Shown piece after piece: positions 18,659-27,831 of a stretch of 64,000 bases of DNA. The notes under the pieces are model-generated. The model saw nothing but the letters and a program-made list of their open reading frames with translations. It was not told where the DNA came from and did not search any database. The stretch is from contig CAJXGD010000007.1 of NCBI GenBank assembly GCA_913053845.1, positions 382 through 64,381 on the forward strand, written 5' to 3'. This DNA is from an uncultured bacterium. GTDB lineage: Bacteria > Bipolaricaulota > Bipolaricaulia > RBG-16-55-9 > DRJF01. The position numbers and the translations under genes were made by a program. The stretch's first letter is position 1. Every line of letters starts with the position of its first letter.

Positions 18659-19750
18659 TTGTCTTGTCGTCCGGCTAAAGCTAGAATGAGCTCTACGGCA
18701 ATCATGGCCAGAGAAGCGATCCTGCAAGCGGATGCTCAATTGGAAGATCAGGCGATCCAGTCGCTCCGTCCCAAGCGGCTGAGCGAGTTCATCGGCCAGG
18801 AGAAGGTGGTGGCCCAGCTCAAGCTGACCATGGCCGCCGCGGCGCACCGGGGAGAGATACTGGATCATATCCTGTTGCATGGTCCTCCCGGTCTAGGCAA
18901 GACTACGCTGGCGACCATCGTGGCCGCCGAGATGGGAGTAAATATCAAGGTCAGCTCCGGTCCAGCGATCGAGCGCCCCGGTGACCTGGCGGCGATCATC
19001 ACCAATTTATCGGCAGGTGACGTGCTCTTCATTGATGAGATTCACCGCCTGCGCCGCAACGTGGAGGAGCTGCTCTATCCGGCCATGGAGGATTTCAAGC
19101 TGGATCTGATCATCGGTGAGGGACCCTCGGCCCAGTCCATCCGGCTCGATGTGCCGCGCTTCACCCTGGTCGGTGCCACCACCCGCACCGGCCTGCTCAG
19201 CTCGCCCCTGCGCGACCGCTTCGAGGTCATCTTTCATCTGGATTTCTACAGTGATCAGGAGTTGCAAACTATCGTGGAGCGCGGTGCGCGGCTCTTGGGG
19301 GTCGTGATCAGCTCCGCAGGGGCGGCCGAGATCGCCCGGCGCGCCCGGGGCACGCCGCGGGTGGCCAACCGGCTGCTCAAGCGGGTGCGCGACTATGCGC
19401 AGGTCAAGGCCCAGGGAGACATTGACCGGCAGGTCGCCCGCCGCGCCCTAGAGCTGCTGGAGGTGGATGAATCGGGGCTCGATCAGCTAGATCGCAGCAT
19501 CTTGCAGGCGATCATCGTAAAATTCGCCGGTGGGCCGGTGGGACTGGACACGCTAGCCGCCTCACTGAGCGAAGAGAAAGATACCATCTCCGAAGTCTAC
19601 GAGCCGTTTCTGCTCAAGAAGGGTTTCATCCAGCGCACCCCGCAAGGCCGAGTGGCTACCGAGTTGGCCTATCGGCACCTGGGGCTGCGGCCGCCGGCTC
19701 AGTCCTTGCCATTATTGCCCGCAGAGCCTGAATCATCATCCGGCGGCTGA
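18659..19750 (+). CDS. ruvB: Holliday junction branch migration helicase RuvB
   Basis: [15 protein letters not shown], Walker [12 protein letters not shown] and DEIHRL. The exact start is uncertain because several in-frame Met codons occur in the first 17 codons. Confidence 0.9.
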   Translation: MSCRPAKARMSSTAIMAREAILQADAQLEDQAIQSLRPKRLSEFIGQEKVVAQLKLTMAAAAHRGEILDHILLHGPPGLGKTTLATIVAAEMGVNIKVSSGPAIERPGDLAAIITNLSAGDVLFIDEIHRLRRNVEELLYPAMEDFKLDLIIGEGPSAQSIRLDVPRFTLVGATTRTGLLSSPLRDRFEVIFHLDFYSDQELQTIVERGARLLGVVISSAGAAEIARRARGTPRVANRLLKRVRDYAQVKAQGDIDRQVARRALELLEVDESGLDQLDRSILQAIIVKFAGGPVGLDTLAASLSEEKDTISEVYEPFLLKKGFIQRTPQGRVATELAYRHLGLRPPAQSLPLLPAEPESSSGG

Positions 19751-19962
19751 GCTGTGGCCCAAGCAGCGATCAGCTCCTGGGCCGCTTCGGCGTCCTCATC
19801 GTGCTCCACGCAGACCCAAGGGTAGGTCTCCGAGAGGGGAATCCCGCCCAGCAGCCAGCCGCGGTGCTCTCCCTCCACGAAAGCCTTGATGCCGCTCTCC
19901 TGGAGCAACCCCTTGATCAGGTAAGCTTCCTGGGGACTACCGGCGGTGTAAACCCGCTTCAT
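19699..19962 (-). CDS. DUF2007-like small protein (putative signal-transducing fold)
   Basis: [33 protein letters not shown], with an acidic tail. It overlaps ruvB convergently by 52 nt. Confidence 0.65.
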   Translation of the reverse strand: MKRVYTAGSPQEAYLIKGLLQESGIKAFVEGEHRGWLLGGIPLSETYPWVCVEHDEDAEAAQELIAAWATAQPPDDDSGSAGNNGKD

Positions 19963-20072
19963 CCTGCGATCGCCTCCTCTGCTTGCAGCCGGGACGTGCA
20001 ATGGCGATAATCTCGCTGAGCCATCATAGTCTATCCTGCGGAGGTTAAACAAGTTAGCTCAAGAAGGCAGTC

Positions 20073-20090
20073 TGCTATGATAGAAACAAG
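20073..20090 (+). promoter_or_regulatory. Extended -10-like element TGCTATGATAGAAACAAG (copy 2 of 2), upstream of the glycan operon
   Basis: 17/18 identical to 2950-2967. It lies about 150 nt upstream of ATG 20237. Confidence 0.3.
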
Positions 20091-20236
20091 CAAGAACGTT
20101 TTGGGGTCCTCGAACAGTCCGGCCTGGGAGGCGAGCTGGTCACCGAGACGCTTCACCATTATACTCAGAGCAAGAATGTCAATAAATAGGGATAATCTGT
20201 CAAGATGCTAGCCCAGCAAGGTGGCAACCTGTTTTT

Positions 20237-21646
20237 ATGAGCGATCTCAGCTGGGCCGGCTTAGCCATCCTGCTAGGGGCGGCGCTCTTCCCCTGGATCT
20301 ATCGGGCACCGATTCGCGGGGTTTACTTAATAACCCTGGCGCTGCCGCTGATAGTCAGCCCGCCGCTGCCGCTGCTGGGGCGCAAACTGGCGCTTGTTGA
20401 TCTCTTTATCGTCGTGACCGCGCTGGCTTGGGGTGCTCGTCAACTCTTGGTGCCCGCCGCGCGCCGGCCGTTGCGGCTCGATCCCAAACTCTATATTCCG
20501 CTGGGGCTCTACTATCTGGTCGCGCTAGCCTCATTTCAAAATACCCTTTCGCCACTCTGGAGCGGGATAGAGCTGCTCTCGATGATCTATCTGGGCTTGG
20601 GCTTCTTTCTGGTCATCCAAATCATCTCTGACAAGCGTGAGTTGGAGAATATTCTGAAGTTGTGGATGATCTCGGCGGTGGCAGTAGTGCTCTTCGGTCT
20701 GGTGCAGATGGCTTCGCTCTATACCGGCTTGTGGCAGGATAAGCTGCTCTGGTTCCACACCAAGCAGCGCATTACTTCTACGTTTAATTTCCCCAATCAA
20801 CTGCCTTCGTATCTGGCGACGATCACCCCGGTGTTCTTCTATTATATCGCCCGAGGCAGGACGGCTTGGCTGCGCGGCGGTGCGCTGCTTTTTGCCATCA
20901 CTTCAGCGATCGTGATGCTGGCCACCGCCTCACGGACGGCCGTGGGCCTGATCATCGCCTTGGTGGCGCTCTATTGGGGTTGGTCGCTCATCGAAGGCCG
21001 CAAAAAGCGCGGCAGGCTGCCGCTTCGGCCGCTGCTGGCCGGCGCCGCGGTGGTCCTGCTCTTGTTGGCCTCCGTCTTCGCTCTGCGCGCCAACACCTGG
21101 GGAATATATACTAGACTGCGCCAGGTGCCCTCCATCGGGCGGGCGCTGGACATCGTGCGCAATCTAGACCTGAAACAGATCGACAACGAGCGCTACCTGA
21201 TGTACAGCGTGGGCTTCCAGGCGGTCCGCGAGCACCCTTGGGTGGGCGTGGGCATTGGCAGTTTCCGTTTTTTCTACCTGCGCACCCCCGGCGGTTATCC
21301 GCATGAGATGCACTCCAACCTGCTTTCCCTCTTGGCCGAGACGGGCGGCTTGGGATTTTTAGCTTTTATGAGCTTCATCGGGGTCCTGCTCTGGTATGGT
21401 AAGCGCGTGGCCTTCGATCTGAAAGACGACCGTTGGCGCCACCTGGGCGCGACGCTGGTCATCGGTTTTGTGACCAACTTCTTCGTCTATGGGGCTTTTC
21501 TGCTGGGCCTGCGCGAGCGGCACCTCTGGCTGAGCATGGCACTGATCGTCAGCTTGGTCAATCTGAGCAGGGGCATGGACCCCTCCCCCAGCTCCTCCCC
21601 GAAGCGGAGAGGGGAGCTTATCACCGAAGGGAGCCAAACCACATGA
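20237..21646 (+). CDS. Wzy_C-family (O-antigen ligase / polymerase / O-oligosaccharyltransferase-like) membrane protein
   Basis: Polytopic, 469 aa. The characteristic loop block reads YPHEMHSNLLSLLAETGGLGFLAF. Confidence 0.75.
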   Translation: MSDLSWAGLAILLGAALFPWIYRAPIRGVYLITLALPLIVSPPLPLLGRKLALVDLFIVVTALAWGARQLLVPAARRPLRLDPKLYIPLGLYYLVALASFQNTLSPLWSGIELLSMIYLGLGFFLVIQIISDKRELENILKLWMISAVAVVLFGLVQMASLYTGLWQDKLLWFHTKQRITSTFNFPNQLPSYLATITPVFFYYIARGRTAWLRGGALLFAITSAIVMLATASRTAVGLIIALVALYWGWSLIEGRKKRGRLPLRPLLAGAAVVLLLLASVFALRANTWGIYTRLRQVPSIGRALDIVRNLDLKQIDNERYLMYSVGFQAVREHPWVGVGIGSFRFFYLRTPGGYPHEMHSNLLSLLAETGGLGFLAFMSFIGVLLWYGKRVAFDLKDDRWRHLGATLVIGFVTNFFVYGAFLLGLRERHLWLSMALIVSLVNLSRGMDPSPSSSPKRRGELITEGSQTT

Positions 21647-22587
21647 GCCATTATCTGGTCAGCGGGGCGGCCGGCTTCATCGGCTCGCACTTGACCGCGC
21701 GCTTGCTCGAGCTGGGCAAATCGGTCCGGGCGCTGGATAACTTTTCCACCGGGAAGCGGGTCAATCTGGCCGGCTGCCGGGGCCATGGCAGCTTCGAGCT
21801 CCTGACCGGCGACCTGCGCGATCTGGAAACAGCTCGTCAGGCCGTGGCCGGCATTGATATCGTCCTGCACCAGGCGGCTATATCTTCGGTGCCCCGCTCG
21901 GTGGCTGACCCCTTGAGCTCGCACCAGGCCAACGCCACCGGGACGTTGAATTTGTTGATCGCCGCACGCGATGCCGGAGTGAGAAAACTGGTCTATGCCA
22001 GCTCTTCATCCATCTATGGCCCAACTAGCGAGCTGCCCCAGCGGGAGACGATGCCGCCCAATCCGGTCTCGCCCTATGCCCTGAGCAAGTTCGCCGGTGA
22101 GCGCTACTGTCAGCTCTTCTCGCAGCTCTACGAGCTGCCCACCGTGGCACTGCGCTACTTCAACGTCTTCGGGCCAAGACAGGACCCGGCCTCGCAGTAT
22201 GCCGCGGTCATCCCGCGCTTCATCATCGCGCTGCTCTCCGGTCGGCCTCCGGTCATCTACGGCGACGGGGAGCAGACGCGCGACTTCACTTATATCGCCA
22301 ATGTGGTCGAAGCGAACTTGCTGGCCGCGCAGGCCGAGATCTCCGGCGAGGTGCTCAACATCGCCTGCGGAGAGCCTGTTTCGCTTAACGCGCTGCTGGC
22401 TCAATTGGAAGCGCTCTTAAGTATTGAGATAACCCCAGAATATACCCAGTCGCGACCGGGCGACCTGCGCCGCTCGCAGGCCGACATCGCTAAGGCGCGC
22501 GACCTGATCGGCTATCGGCCGCAGGTAGGCTTTGCAGAGGGCCTGCGGCGCACGCTAGAATATTTTCAACGGGAGATGAAGCGTTAA
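21643..22587 (+). CDS. NAD-dependent nucleotide-sugar 4-epimerase (WbpP/GalE-like extended SDR)
   Basis: Start MSHYLVSGAAGFIGSHL at ATG 21643, which forms an ATGA overlap with the upstream stop. Catalytic YALSKFAGE is present. The longer ORF-track start at 21433 overlaps the Wzy_C gene and was rejected. Confidence 0.85.
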   Translation: MSHYLVSGAAGFIGSHLTARLLELGKSVRALDNFSTGKRVNLAGCRGHGSFELLTGDLRDLETARQAVAGIDIVLHQAAISSVPRSVADPLSSHQANATGTLNLLIAARDAGVRKLVYASSSSIYGPTSELPQRETMPPNPVSPYALSKFAGERYCQLFSQLYELPTVALRYFNVFGPRQDPASQYAAVIPRFIIALLSGRPPVIYGDGEQTRDFTYIANVVEANLLAAQAEISGEVLNIACGEPVSLNALLAQLEALLSIEITPEYTQSRPGDLRRSQADIAKARDLIGYRPQVGFAEGLRRTLEYFQREMKR

Positions 22588-22590
22588 GAG

Positions 22591-23874
22591 ATGACAGATA
22601 AACCTGAGCGGGTGGCGGTCATTGGCCTAGGCTACGTCGGCCTGCCGCTGGCCGTGGCCTTCTGTCAGAACGGTTTTGGCGTAACTGGCATAGATCTGGA
22701 TCACCAACGTCTAGGCCAGTTGGAAAAGGGCAAATCGTACATTCAAGATGTCTCCTCTGAGACGATTGCCGACTGTCTGAAGAGCGGCCGCTTCCGGGTT
22801 TCCAGTGAGTATCAAGCGCTCTCGCAGGCCGAGGCGATCATCGTCTGCGTGCCCACCCCGCTGCGCAAGACCAAGGACCCCGACATGTCCTACGTGGTGG
22901 ACGCTGCTGAGCGCATCTCTCCCCATCTGCGCCGTGGCCAGCTGGTCATCTTGGAGAGCACCGTCTACCCCGGTGCAACTGAAGAGCTGATCCAGCCCTT
23001 GCTGGAGCGCCCCGATCTGGCGGCCGGTCGGGAGTTCCACCTGGCCTTCTCACCGGAGCGAGTTGATCCGGGTAATCGCCAGTTCTCTCTGCGTCAGATT
23101 CCCAAGGTGATCGGGGGGCTGACCCCGGCCTGCGCCGAGCGCGCCCAGCAGCTCTATGAGGCCATCTTCGACCGGGTGCTCACCGTGGGCTCGCTCAAGG
23201 AGGCTGAGCTGACCAAGTTATTAGAAAACACCTTTAGATCAGTCAATATCGGTCTGATCAATGAGCTGGCACTGATGGCCCACAAGATGGGGATCAATAT
23301 CTGGAGCGTCATCGAGGCCGCCGCGACCAAGCCCTTCGGCTTCATGCCCTTCTATCCGGGGCCGGGACTGGGAGGACATTGTATTCCCTTGGACCCGTTT
23401 TACTTGTCTTGGAAGGCCAAGAGCTACGGGGCCGATGCGCGCTTCATCGAGCTGGCCGGCGAGGTCAATGGCAAGATGCCGGCCTACGTGGTCACCCGGA
23501 TCATGGAGCTCTTAAACCAGAAGGGCAAGCTGCTCCGGGGCGCTAAGCTTCTCATTCTAGGGGTGGCCTACAAGCGCGACATCAACGACCTGCGCGAGTC
23601 GCCTGCGCTGGACATCATTGATCTACTGGAAGAGCGAGGCGCCCAGGTGAGTTATCACGACCCGCACGTGCCGGAGTTTGCCCATCGCGGTCGGGAGCGC
23701 CGCTCCGCCGAGCTCAGCGAGAAACTGTTGGCCCGGCAGGACTGTGTGGTCATCGTGACGGCGCACTCGGCCTTCGATTATGGGTATATCGCCGAGCACA
23801 CTCCGCTGATCTTCGACACGCGCAATGCCACCCAGGGGCTGGCCGGGCGCTTCGCTAATATAGAGGTGCTGTAG
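22591..23874 (+). CDS. UDP-N-acetyl-hexosamine 6-dehydrogenase (WbpO/WecC/VipA-like nucleotide-sugar dehydrogenase)
   Basis: VAVIGLGYVGLPLAVAF and catalytic-Cys block GGHCIPLDP; 427 aa. Confidence 0.85.
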   Translation: MTDKPERVAVIGLGYVGLPLAVAFCQNGFGVTGIDLDHQRLGQLEKGKSYIQDVSSETIADCLKSGRFRVSSEYQALSQAEAIIVCVPTPLRKTKDPDMSYVVDAAERISPHLRRGQLVILESTVYPGATEELIQPLLERPDLAAGREFHLAFSPERVDPGNRQFSLRQIPKVIGGLTPACAERAQQLYEAIFDRVLTVGSLKEAELTKLLENTFRSVNIGLINELALMAHKMGINIWSVIEAAATKPFGFMPFYPGPGLGGHCIPLDPFYLSWKAKSYGADARFIELAGEVNGKMPAYVVTRIMELLNQKGKLLRGAKLLILGVAYKRDINDLRESPALDIIDLLEERGAQVSYHDPHVPEFAHRGRERRSAELSEKLLARQDCVVIVTAHSAFDYGYIAEHTPLIFDTRNATQGLAGRFANIEVL

Positions 23875-23898
23875 GGGCGTATGGCCATACGCCCCTAC
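23871..23898. repeat. Perfect 28-nt palindrome, GTAGGGGC-family REP-like element
   Basis: GTAGGGGCGTATGGCCATACGCCCCTAC read directly. It contains the dehydrogenase stop codon (TAG 23872-23874) and ends 5 nt before the GT4 start. Confidence 0.6.
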
Positions 23899-23903
23899 CG
23901 GCG

Positions 23904-25115
23904 ATGGGCCGCCCACGTCCGGCCAAGATATTGCAACTGACGGCGATAGACTTGACTATCTGGGCCTTTCTGCCGCCCTTGCTCGAGCGACTGCGCTCGG
24001 CCGGCCTTCAGGTGCAGCTCGCCTGCTCGCCCGGTCCCCATCTTGAGGAACTACAGGCCCAAGGCTACCGGGTGCACCGGATCCGGATCGCCCGACGGCT
24101 GGTTTCTTTGGAACATCTGCGTGCCCTCTGGCAGCTCTATCGGCTGATGAAGCGTGAGCGCTTTGACCTGGTGCATGTGCACACGCCGGTCGCCGGAGCG
24201 CTGGGTCGGCTGGCTGCCCGGCTGGCCGGGGTGCCGCTGATCTTTTACACCAGCCACGGCTTCTATCTGCCGCAGACCGGCTTCGGCCTGCCACGGCGCT
24301 TTTTTCTGGCCATCGAGCGCTTCTTGGGACAACGTTGCACCGATTTTTTATTCACCGTCAGCGGCGAGGACCGCGAGTTGGCCATCCGAGAAAAGATCGC
24401 ACCGCCCGAGCGGGTGCTCTGGACCCAGGGAGTGGGACTGGACACCGCCCGTTATGGTCAGGTTTTAAGCGAGCCCCAGAAGACAGCCTTGCGGCGCTCG
24501 CTGGAGCTGGCGCCCCAGGACCGAGTTATCGGCTTCATCGGACGACTGGTGCGCGAGAAGGGCATCGAGGAGCTGCTGCTGGCTCTGGCTCAGGTGTGCG
24601 AGCGCTTCCCCAATGCAAAGCTATTGTTGATCGGCGAGACGCTGCCCTCCGAGCGCGATCGGGGGACCGGGCGGCGCATCGCCCGACTCATCCGGGAGAA
24701 CCAACTGGACTCCTCGGTCAGGCTGGTCGGCTTTCGCCAGGATATTCCGGAGCTCTTAGCTCTGATGGATCTCTTCGTCCTGCCCTCGCACCGGGAGGGG
24801 ATGCCCCGCTCGCTCCTGGAAGCTATGGCCGCCAGTCTGCCAGTCGTGGCGACCGATATTCGCGGCTGCCGCGAGGAGGTGGTTGATGGCAGGACCGGCC
24901 TGTTGGTTTCGGTGGGGGACGTTTCCGACCTGGCCCAAGCGATCATGCGCTTATTGTCCGATGGCGAGCTGGCCCGTAAAATGGGCCAGGCTGGGCGAGA
25001 GCGAGCGAGCGAGCTCTTCGACGATAGGGTGGTGCTGGAGCGCCAGATTGAGGTCTATCGGCAGCTCTTGGGGGAGCGAGGTCTATGGCCGGAAAACCAA
25101 TGCGATTCGCGCTAA
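23904..25115 (+). CDS. Glycosyltransferase family 4 (GT-B, GT1/GT4 type)
   Basis: 403 aa. The C-terminal block reads LPSHREGMPRSLLEAMAASLPVVATDIRGCREEVVDGRTGLLV (an EX7E-type region). Confidence 0.85.
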   Translation: MGRPRPAKILQLTAIDLTIWAFLPPLLERLRSAGLQVQLACSPGPHLEELQAQGYRVHRIRIARRLVSLEHLRALWQLYRLMKRERFDLVHVHTPVAGALGRLAARLAGVPLIFYTSHGFYLPQTGFGLPRRFFLAIERFLGQRCTDFLFTVSGEDRELAIREKIAPPERVLWTQGVGLDTARYGQVLSEPQKTALRRSLELAPQDRVIGFIGRLVREKGIEELLLALAQVCERFPNAKLLLIGETLPSERDRGTGRRIARLIRENQLDSSVRLVGFRQDIPELLALMDLFVLPSHREGMPRSLLEAMAASLPVVATDIRGCREEVVDGRTGLLVSVGDVSDLAQAIMRLLSDGELARKMGQAGRERASELFDDRVVLERQIEVYRQLLGERGLWPENQCDSR

Positions 25116-25735
25116 AACGTCTGATGGACATCGCAGGCAGCCTGAGCGGCTTGGGGCTATTGGCAGTGCCCTTCGCGCTGATCGCCCTGGTGATCAAGTC
25201 CGACTCGCCGGGGCCGGTTTTCTTCAAGCAAGAGCGGATTGGCCGAGGCGGTAAACGCTTCCTGAGCTGGAAATTCCGCACCATGATCGTCCATCAGGAC
25301 AAGAGTTATAAGATCAGCCGAGATGATCCGCGCATCACCCGCGTCGGGCGCGTGCTGAGAAAATGGGGACTGGACGAGCTGCCTCAGTTGTTCAACGTGC
25401 TGGGGGGTCAGATGAGCTTAGTGGGGCCGCGAGCCCTACCCTATCCTCCAGAGAGCTACGGCCCAAAGGAGCGCCGCCGGCTGCTGGTCAAGCCGGGGCT
25501 GACCGGCTGGGTGGTCGTCAACGGGCGCAACCGGCTCAGTTGGGAGGAGCGTATTCGGCTAGATCTCTGGTATGTGGATCATTTCTCGCTTTGGCTTGAC
25601 TTGGTGATCCTGCTGCGCACGCTCTGGGTGGTGCTGGTCACCCATGAGGGGCTCTACGGTCCGGGCGGGGTCAACGAAGAGTTCGCCCCAGCGGGCTCAG
25701 CTTCAGGGGAGGAGCCGGCCCACCATGAGCGATAG
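25085..25735 (+). CDS. Small monotopic phosphoglycosyl transferase (PglC/WbaP-C-terminal type, Bac_transf)
   Basis: KRLMDIAGSLSGLGLLAVPFALIALVIKSDSPGPVFFKQERIGRGGKRFLSWKFRTM and DELPQLFNVLGGQMSLVGPRA; 216 aa. Confidence 0.85.
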   Translation: MAGKPMRFALKRLMDIAGSLSGLGLLAVPFALIALVIKSDSPGPVFFKQERIGRGGKRFLSWKFRTMIVHQDKSYKISRDDPRITRVGRVLRKWGLDELPQLFNVLGGQMSLVGPRALPYPPESYGPKERRRLLVKPGLTGWVVVNGRNRLSWEERIRLDLWYVDHFSLWLDLVILLRTLWVVLVTHEGLYGPGGVNEEFAPAGSASGEEPAHHER

Positions 25736-26414
25736 AACATTGCTGATCTACGGGGCCTCCGGCCACGCCAAGGTCATCATTGACATCGTCGAGCGGGCCG
25801 GGCGCTATCGCATCGTCGGCCTGCTGGACGACGATCCGCAGTTGCAAAGTGAAAAATTCTTCGGTTATCCTGTGCTGGGAGGGGGCGAGCGTTTGGCCGA
25901 GGAGAGCTACCCGGATCATCGGCTGGTCATTGCGGTGGGGGATAACTTTGCGCGCCGGGAGATCTGGCGCAGGGTCGAGGCGCTAAGAAATTTCCAGTAC
26001 GCGCTGGCGGTCCATCCTGCGGCCCAGATCGGCCGTGAGGTGCAGTTGGGGGAGGGCACGGTCGTGATGGCCAACGTGGCCATCAATCCCGGCACGCTCA
26101 TCGGTCGGCAGGTGATCATCAACACCGGCGCGACGGTTGATCACGACTGCCTGATTGGGGATTTTGCCCATATCTCGCCAGGGGTACATCTGGCGGGCAA
26201 CGTTCAGGTAGGCGAGCTGACCCATCTGGGCGTGGGAACGGCGGTCCTGCCGGGGGTGCATATTGGGGCCCGGTCGCTCATCGGGGCCGGAGCGGTGGTG
26301 ATCGGTGACATTCCGGATGGGGTTATTGCCGTCGGGGTGCCCGCGCGGGTGATCAAGCAACGAAGTCAGATTGGACCAGGAGGAGCAGATGACCCAAGTG
26401 ATCATTCCGGATAA
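25725..26414 (+). CDS. PglD/NeuD-family sugar N-acetyltransferase (left-handed beta-helix)
   Basis: Start MSDRTLLIYGASGHAKVIIDIVE at 25725, with a hexapeptide-repeat C-terminus (INPGTLIGRQVIINTGATVDHDCLIGDFAHISPGVHLAGNV). Confidence 0.8.
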   Translation: MSDRTLLIYGASGHAKVIIDIVERAGRYRIVGLLDDDPQLQSEKFFGYPVLGGGERLAEESYPDHRLVIAVGDNFARREIWRRVEALRNFQYALAVHPAAQIGREVQLGEGTVVMANVAINPGTLIGRQVIINTGATVDHDCLIGDFAHISPGVHLAGNVQVGELTHLGVGTAVLPGVHIGARSLIGAGAVVIGDIPDGVIAVGVPARVIKQRSQIGPGGADDPSDHSG

Positions 26415-26709
26415 ATTAAGTGAGATACTACAACAATTAGAAGGCAAGACACTGGATCAAAAGCTGGCTCAGTTGATCGAGCGTGACCTGGAGCATCGTT
26501 TGCGCTATTGCTCTAGGCGCATCGTAGATTTCGAGGTGAAATATGGCCTATTGTTCGAGGAATTTCGCGCCGCCTGGGAATTGGGTACCATCCCCGATCG
26601 TCATGCTCATGAGATAGAGCGAGACTACATGGAGTGGGAGAGCCTGGTAGATGAGCGCCAACTGTTGCTCACTAAGTTAAAACAACTCACCAACAGGTTG
26701 TTCTCTTAA
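26389..26709 (+). CDS. Small helical hypothetical protein embedded in the glycan operon
   Basis: ATG 26389 lies 5 nt after AGGAGG. The product (106 aa) is MTQVIIPDKLSEILQQLEGKTLDQKLAQLIERDLEHRLRYCSRRIVDFEVKYGLLFEEFRAAWELGTIPDRHAHEIERDYMEWESLVDERQLLLTKLKQLTNRLFS. G+C is 21/60 at 26401-26460. I recognise no family. Confidence 0.45.
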   Translation: MTQVIIPDKLSEILQQLEGKTLDQKLAQLIERDLEHRLRYCSRRIVDFEVKYGLLFEEFRAAWELGTIPDRHAHEIERDYMEWESLVDERQLLLTKLKQLTNRLFS

Positions 26710-26712
26710 CTT

Positions 26713-27831
26713 ATGCAAGACTTGATTATTCCCGCCTCTAGGCCGGATATCACCGAGGTCGAGCGCCAGGCGGTCCTCGAGGTGCTCGAGAGCCCCATTC
26801 TGAGCATGGGACCCAGGCTGGAGGCCTTCGAGCGTGCCCTGTCTGAATACGTTGGAGTGGCCCACGCGGTGGGCACCAACAGCGGCACCAGCGCCCTGCA
26901 CCTGATCGTGCGCGCCCTGGGCTTGGGAGCCGGCGACGAGGTGATCACCACCCCGTTCAGTTTCATCGCCTCGGCCAACTGTCTGCTCTTCGAAGGCGCG
27001 CGGCCGGTCTTCGTGGATATTGATCCGGAGTCGCTCAATCTCGATGTGGACCGGATCGAAACGGCCATTACTGAACGAACACGCGCGATTTTGGCCGTAG
27101 ACGTCTTCGGCCATCCGGCCGACTGGGACGAGCTAGAGCGGCTAGCTAGCTTGTATGGCCTGCTGCTGATCGAAGATTCGGCCGAGGCGCTGGGCGCCCG
27201 CTATCACGGTCGGCCGGCCGGCAGCTTCGGCCAGGCGGCTATATTCGGTTTTTATCCTAATAAGCAGCTCACCACCGGTGAGGGCGGCGTGGTCTTGACC
27301 GATAATGCTGAGCTGGCCGAGCTCTGCCGCTCGCTGCGCAATCAGGGACGCGCCCCCGACGACAGTTGGCTGACCCACCTGCGCCTGGGCTATAACTATC
27401 GCCTCGATGAGCTCTCGGCCGCCCTGGGCTTGGCCCAGCTCTCGCGGCTGGATGAGATGCTCAGCCGCCGCGAGCAGGTGGCCCAGCTCTATGCCGAAAA
27501 ACTGGCCAACATCGAAGAAGTCACTATTTTGCGGACCAAACCCGGGGTCTGGCGCAGCTGGTTCGTTTATATTATTCAATTGGCTCCCGGGATCAATCGG
27601 ACCAAGCTGATGAGCTATCTGGCCCAGTGCGGCGTACAAACGCGGCCCTATTTCAGCCCCATTCACTTGCAGCCCTTCTATCGCGAGCGCTTCGGATATC
27701 ATGAAGGCGACTATCCTGTCACTGAAAATATCAGTCGCCGCACGCTGGCTCTGCCGTTTTATAACCGGCTTTCCGAGCCGGAGATTGACTATGTGGTGAG
27801 GAGCTTGAAGGAGGGGATCGCAGGAGGATGA
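26713..27831 (+). CDS. DegT/DnrJ/EryC1-family sugar aminotransferase (PglE-like)
   Basis: 372 aa. Blocks GTNSGTSALHL, FYPNKQLTTGEGG (PLP Lys region) and NYRLDELSAALGLAQL. Confidence 0.85.
   Translation: MQDLIIPASRPDITEVERQAVLEVLESPILSMGPRLEAFERALSEYVGVAHAVGTNSGTSALHLIVRALGLGAGDEVITTPFSFIASANCLLFEGARPVFVDIDPESLNLDVDRIETAITERTRAILAVDVFGHPADWDELERLASLYGLLLIEDSAEALGARYHGRPAGSFGQAAIFGFYPNKQLTTGEGGVVLTDNAELAELCRSLRNQGRAPDDSWLTHLRLGYNYRLDELSAALGLAQLSRLDEMLSRREQVAQLYAEKLANIEEVTILRTKPGVWRSWFVYIIQLAPGINRTKLMSYLAQCGVQTRPYFSPIHLQPFYRERFGYHEGDYPVTENISRRTLALPFYNRLSEPEIDYVVRSLKEGIAGG

Noticed and set aside
21433-21642. N-terminal 70-codon extension of the epimerase ORF in the ORF track.
   Set aside because: The extension overlaps the Wzy_C gene in another frame. 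The Rossmann motif begins right after ATG 21643, which forms an ATGA junction with the upstream stop.
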